From the NCBI GenBank assembly GCA_965287045.1, contig OZ336871.1:56296001-56360000 (forward strand): 64,000 nucleotides of DNA, given 5' to 3'. The DNA comes from Carcharhinus amblyrhynchos (taxonomy: Eukaryota). Made by a program: the position numbers and the translations under genes. This document shows positions 60,901-64,000 of the stretch, piece by piece. The notes under the pieces are model-generated. The model was not told the DNA's origin. It searched no databases and worked only from the letters and a program-made list of their open reading frames with translations. How positions within the stretch are numbered: position 1 is the first letter of the stretch; each line of letters opens with the position of its first letter.

Positions 60901-63900
60901 GGCAGCGTACTGCACCAATCTGGGTCAGCAATAGTAGCTCTCTGATAATCCTGATTAGGGGAAGGGTTCATAAACAAGAAGGGCCCAAGTGTGGGCTGGT
61001 TGCAGCCTACAAAATTAATGAGGAGCTAATTGGGTCTGTCTAGTGTTGACCTCCTGCAGTTCTCTTGAAGGAGTGTTGGTTAGGCCAAGGATGGAATAGT
61101 TTATAACATATAACCGAAAATGCTAGATAAACACAGCAGGTCTGGCAGCATCTATAGAGAGAAACAGTGGCAGTATTTCAGCACAAAAAATCTGTTTCTC
61201 TCTACAGATGCTGCCAGACTTGCTGAGTTTAGCCAGCATTTTCTGTTTTTATTTCAGGGTTCCAGCAGCTGCAGTATTTTGCTTTTATTTAATATCATGA
61301 TGGAATAGTTTAATTGAGCACAGTACGCTGGCTAATGCTCTGCTTGGAATCTGACCAATTTTGGAGAGGGTTTTTTAAAACAGACATTTGGAATCTCATT
61401 AGTATATGCAAGGGACCTAGTGCCAGTTTGAGGTGGCTGCCAGGAAAGCTTTAATATTACCCCAGCCGATACAGTGCTTAATGTAGCCCTGCAAAAATTA
61501 TACTTTGGCAAGAAAAGGGTAAAACAAGGTCCAATTTCATCCCCATAGTCTCACTTCTGTTGTTTAAATGTTGGGAATTATTAAAACAAAAATATATAAT
61601 ATTTACTTTCCAAATATCTTACAAGAAGTTTGAAAAAATATTAATTGGATTAGGCTTAAACAACAGGGCTTTGTAATGTACACAATTAAAAAAAATCTGG
61701 ACACTATTCAAGTAGCCATAAAAAAATGAGACAATTGAAAGTGGCTTTTCTGAGAAATTACTCTCTAGGCATTCTGAAGAGACTGAGCTATGGTTTAAAA
61801 TGTATATAACATAAATTGAATTAGAAATATGATTGAAATCCATCTTGGATAGGCTGACACAAAAATTTACAGTCTCACGAACAATATTTCAGAACTGTGG
61901 TGAGAGCTGCCACCTTAATTGTGTCTTTAGAGAGGAGGTGAATTGCTTATTGGTCATTACAGGACACTTTCTTTTGGTTATGTTCATTGGTTGATATGTC
62001 CTAAATTTAATTTCAAGTACATTAATCACATATGCCAACACTCAACCCTTGCCCTCCTGATTTTCTCCCCCTCCTTGTAGTCCCTGATTGTCAGCAATAT
62101 CTTTCATTTCTCGAAATCAGAAGGGAAAGGGTCATTTTTTTAAATATAAATCTATTACATTTAGATTGTTAATAATCAGAACCAGCCTTTACCCAATATT
62201 GTTCCCTTTCTTCTTTCCCACAACATTCCATCGGAACATGGCCATGAAATGAATGACTGTGGTACTAAATGACAGCAGTGGCATGTTGCAGTAGCAATAT
62301 TTACCTTTCAGAATGGGAAACACAACTCTGTATTTTGCACAGTATATTTGTGTTGTGCTACAACACAGACAAATATCAAAGACACAGAGACATTTTTTTC
62401 CACCACTAAAATGGTGTCATTTCTTGTCTGGACCCCCAAATGGAGTCTATGATCTGCTTGACTTGACAGTACACATACTATCAATATAGCTCCAGCACAA
62501 AGTCATTCCTTTGACTTACAAAGAAAGCATATTTGAACATTTTAATATCAGGTTTCGATCTTAGTAGAGTATAAAAGTGGCTAGTCACTGGGGCAGTGGC
62601 TGACTTTCCTGCCACCATTGCGTGCAGGATTAATTAATAAAATCTCTCAAGTCTGGGCATACAGCAACTATTTCTAGACTGCTAATGACCTGATGTGTAC
62701 CTGTACATCTCATCAATGTCCTGTTGAGGCAATCTGCACACAAGAAACGCTGGGCACGTTTTAAAAAAAAGGGGAGGAAATATTGAAGCTTTGCAAAATG
62801 CTGGATAACAGCTGCTCAGCACACTAGGAGATGGCATAGACTGAGGTAGATAAATGAGCTATCCAGATGCAGAAAGTATGAAGGAAGACTGAAAAAGTAA
62901 TACACTTTGCAAAGATAAACACATAATGCACATTTACAAACACATTAAGGCCAAAGTCAGGACAGAAAAAAAAAATCGATATTTTACAGAATTAATCCTT
63001 CTTTCGATGTACATGGATTTCTTCCCTCCCCCCCCCACCCCTCAATACCAGTGCACCACCAATAAATTTTTAGATAAACATTCTTACTGTGTATGAGTTA
63101 TTAGAGAGTAACCAGTGGAAGAAAAGTTTAAAGAAAGTAAAGTAAGAACTGGTCCGGCCATGTAGGTCAAATAAAGATTTAAAAAACAACAGAAAAAATC
63201 TCTAGCTTCTTGACTGCTTTAGGGTGTCACTTCATCTTTGGTATAAAATAGGCCATCCTTAGGCTGCATTTGATCCACAACTATGAAAATTAAAGACTAC
63301 AGAAATTGTCCACAATTTCTTCAATCTATTGCTTTTGCTTTGATTTCGTTTTAACCATAAGCTCCTATCTATCTAGTTCGCACCTTTTACTCTTTAGCTT
63401 GCATCTGCAAGGTGACAAGCAAAGCAGACTAAAAACATTTTAAGCTAATAAAAAAGATTGCAAATATAAAGCACTAATTCTGCTGCTAGCAATTATGCTT
63501 TGTAAATAAAACAATCTGCCTTAAGCGATAAACTGCATTCTGTACAATGCAGTCACTTTTTTTTTCAAAATCGCAAAACGCTTCAGCCTTCTGCAAGTTG
63601 TCAGTTTCCACTGCTTTAAGACAAAATTCATTAAAAGTCTCAGCAATTTTTTTAGATTTTGTCAGTTGTCCTTGTTCTTTATCAATAAAACCATGTTCTT
63701 CTGCAAAAGAAGACAAGCACATTTTTTTTTGTTTTTTTTTGTTTTAACCTGTACAGCTTATTAGCATTTACCTCCCTATAAAGTTAAGCTTTTATCAAAT
63801 TCTTGCACCAACCACTTGGTCCAAGCACATAATTTCAATCTAGAATTTCTAACGCAATGTTGACAGCTGGCTTTGAGAGCCTGACGTCTTCAAAATTAAG

Positions 63901-63904
63901 GCAA
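57975..63904 (-). other. Probable long (~5.9 kb) 3'UTR of an unidentified host gene
   Basis: AT-rich and almost TE-free, unlike the rest of the window. Bounded by a splice acceptor with a short coding tail at one end and a poly(A) signal at the other. Confidence 0.55.
61116..61290. mobile_element. Penelope-like inverted-repeat element
   Basis: Arms 61116-61167 and 61192-61243 match at 47 of 52 positions. Confidence 0.7.
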
Positions 63905-63946
63905 TTAAGAGTCAAGATAAATCTTAGCTAAACGTTTCTGAAAAAC
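63905..63946 (-). CDS. Candidate coding part of a terminal exon (VFQKRLAKIYLDS* if phase 0)
   Basis: Strong acceptor CTCTTTTTTTCATGTCTTTTATTAATTTGTAG| ending at 63947. All three frames stop within 14 codons. The phase is unknown and I do not recognise the protein. Confidence 0.4.
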   Translation of the reverse strand, partial: VFQKRLAKIYLDS

Positions 63947-64000
63947 CTACAAATTAATAAAAGACATGAAAAAAAGAGTAGCTTAATATCAGAGGAAGAC

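Noticed and set aside
63486-63722. 78-aa minus-strand ORF with an acceptor-like TTTTGCAG
   Set aside because: No recognisable motif, contains homopolymer runs, and lies just downstream of a stronger acceptor and stop. Treated as UTR, although an alternative last exon is not excluded.

Overview
Eukaryotic, repeat-dense genomic DNA. The repeat set (HE1/V-type SINEs, CR1/HER1-type LINEs, Rex/Babar-type LINEs, Penelope-like short inverted repeats, Deu-domain SINEs) points to a cartilaginous fish, most likely a shark. Most of the window is intergenic or intronic and made of nested TE remnants, including a Gypsy LTR retrotransposon and a Harbinger transposase. Host-gene signals are limited to two, both on the minus strand: a probable terminal exon with a ~6 kb 3'UTR and poly(A) site (~57975-63946), and a possible non-coding first exon/promoter near 12.1-12.7 kb. 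The centrepiece is a young, nearly intact CR1 LINE (18546-22657, 6-bp TSD). Its ORF1 ends on a canonical -1 frameshift heptamer (U UUA AAC) followed 5 nt later by a three-tier G-quadruplex motif, and the -1 frame leads directly into an ORF2 that has no usable AUG. Its 3'UTR carries a module also kept in a diverged second copy (26472-27078): a splice acceptor, a ~113-nt RNA structure with pairing-preserving substitutions, and an embedded V-SINE domain. Repeat-family names come from motif recognition, not database searches, and boundaries of old elements are approximate.
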